DNA from: Raillietiella orientalis
Lineage: Eukaryota
DNA: 33,368 nt
Direction of reading: 5' to 3'
NCBI GenBank assembly: GCA_036172245.1
Contig: JAYWIR010000044.1
Span: 1,674,001-1,707,368, forward strand
Of the stretch, positions 32,152-33,368 are shown in pieces. Position 1 is the stretch's first letter. Each line of letters starts with the position of its first letter. Position numbers and translations under genes: made by a program. The notes under the pieces are model-generated. The model was not told the DNA's origin, did not search any database, and saw only the letters and a list, made by a program, of their open reading frames with translations.

Positions 32152-33368
32152 GTCGTTGTGGTTGAACCACACTCCGCGGGTCCTGTGGGTAAACCTTCCT
32201 AACATCATCTCTGTATACCGAAGTATACGTGTTTGATGTAGGTAGCCTCCTCGCCTCCACTCCTGGATTTGCAGTAGGGTAACTCTGGACCGCTGGTAGA
32301 TCCAGCTTCTCGTGTCCGGCGGGACAGGAAGCAACCAAGGGATCACCAGGATAAACTCGTCCTGCCAGAGTTCCCTGCTTCGCGGCACGATCTTGATTTG
32401 GTGCTTCCGCACCAGCCGTTGCTTCCTCCTCCAGGTCGGGTCGATTGTTATCCATTTCCCTACTTTGCCTAGCAGCGCAGTCATCAGGCCTTTCGAGATG
32501 TTAAGCAACAACGCGTAGGCCCTGTGCGCCGCATACGGTTAGTCATCCCAGTAAGTGGCCATGTCCAGGATGTGTCGCGTATCCATGATTTCCATGGAAT
32601 GTGCAAGCGACTTCATCCCGGAACCGCCTTCTACCCTGGGACGACACAGGGGTTTCAGTCTTACTCTTGGGCGATAGTGGCCCCAGAGTGTTTTTCTTTG
32701 CAGCTTGTCGAACTCCCTAGTAGTGTCCTTGTTCATCCTCGCGAAGGCCGCCCCGAAGAGCACTTTCGGTAGGAGTACTCCGTGTCATATGTTGGCCTTT
32801 CGCTTCATCCCAAGGTCCGTTCGGGTGTACTTGGCTGCTTCCTTGGCCATTTTCCCCAGGATTTCCTTCCACAGCAGCTTCGACGCAGAGCCGTCGCCGA
32901 TGTAGACTCCCAGGTACTTGGCCTTGTCCACCGTACGAAATCCACTACCCGTTAGAGTAGAGAGATCCAGTATTCCGACGGGCAAAAGCTGGCTCTTCTG
33001 GGAATTGATTTTTAAGCCCAAGCCCTGTTCCATCTGGTCCACCACATCCAGAAACGCACGCTGATTTTTCTTTCCCTTGATGAAGAAGAGTAGATCATCG
33101 GCGTATGCCAGATGGGTAAGACGCTGGCTAGCGATGGTAATCCCGCATAGTCCTCCGCTCTTCTGGATAAAGGACGACAACGCCTCCATATAGATGACGA
33201 TCAGCATCGGACTTAGCGAGTCGCCCTGTCGGACTCCTCGTTCCAACCTGATTGCTGCCGTCTCCCGGCCGTTGATCTTGATCCGGCAGTACGGGTTCTG
33301 GAGTACCGCCCTCACGAAGATACTGAAGTGTTCCGAAAGCCCTAGCTTCTCCAGAACCCGTGTGCTCC
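32152..33368 (-). mobile_element. Family A copy A2: RT C-terminal half, running off the window
   Basis: GVRQGDSLSPML, LAYADDLLFF and KYLGV (32785..33315); KLQRKTLWGHYRPRVRLK is shared with A1. Confidence 0.92.

Noticed and set aside
32140..32170. B5 as a simple 5'-truncated insertion into A2
   Set aside because: No KAFD-type 14-mer follows 32151 and A2 lacks its own 3' end there; more likely a deletion junction.
80..33315. Many long alternative-frame or antisense ORFs in the track (e.g. 30933..31790, 27075..27716, 80..631)
   Set aside because: Shadow ORFs of GC-rich or strand-biased sequence with no recognisable motifs; some cross element junctions.
2523..33368. Prokaryotic RT system (retron, group II intron, DGR or CRISPR-RT)
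   Set aside because: APE + RT + CCHC ORF1 + AATAAA/A-tail architecture is that of eukaryotic non-LTR retrotransposons; there is no CRISPR array or intron domain V.

Overview
Eukaryotic, gene-free window. Apart from an AT-rich, heavily decayed segment at about 1-2520 (weakly gag/protease-like), it is a dense nest of degenerate L1/Tx1-type non-LTR retrotransposons. Each has ORF1 with two CCHC zinc knuckles and ORF2 with APE endonuclease, RT and a C-terminal CxxC..H..C finger. At least five distinguishable families are present, labelled A-E here; the labels are mine and come from manual comparison. No copy is fully intact. The main signal: family B appears to be a sequence-specific LINE that inserts antisense into the codons of the conserved RT motif D-L-x-K-A-F-D of other LINEs. 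It leaves a 14-bp target duplication (NNNAAG/AGCG/TTTCGA) and builds head-to-tail arrays separated by that 14-mer (junctions at 5140, 16712, 25676 and 31261). Other insertions also hit conserved coding motifs of neighbouring LINEs (ORF1 LLYKVG with a perfect 14-bp TSD; APE GDFN). Families B-E share a 3' terminal signature (hairpin, AATAAA, CCGG mini-hairpin, T(G)AAAA), and B and C join ORF1 to ORF2 by a TAATG stop-start overlap. The host organism cannot be determined from the sequence.
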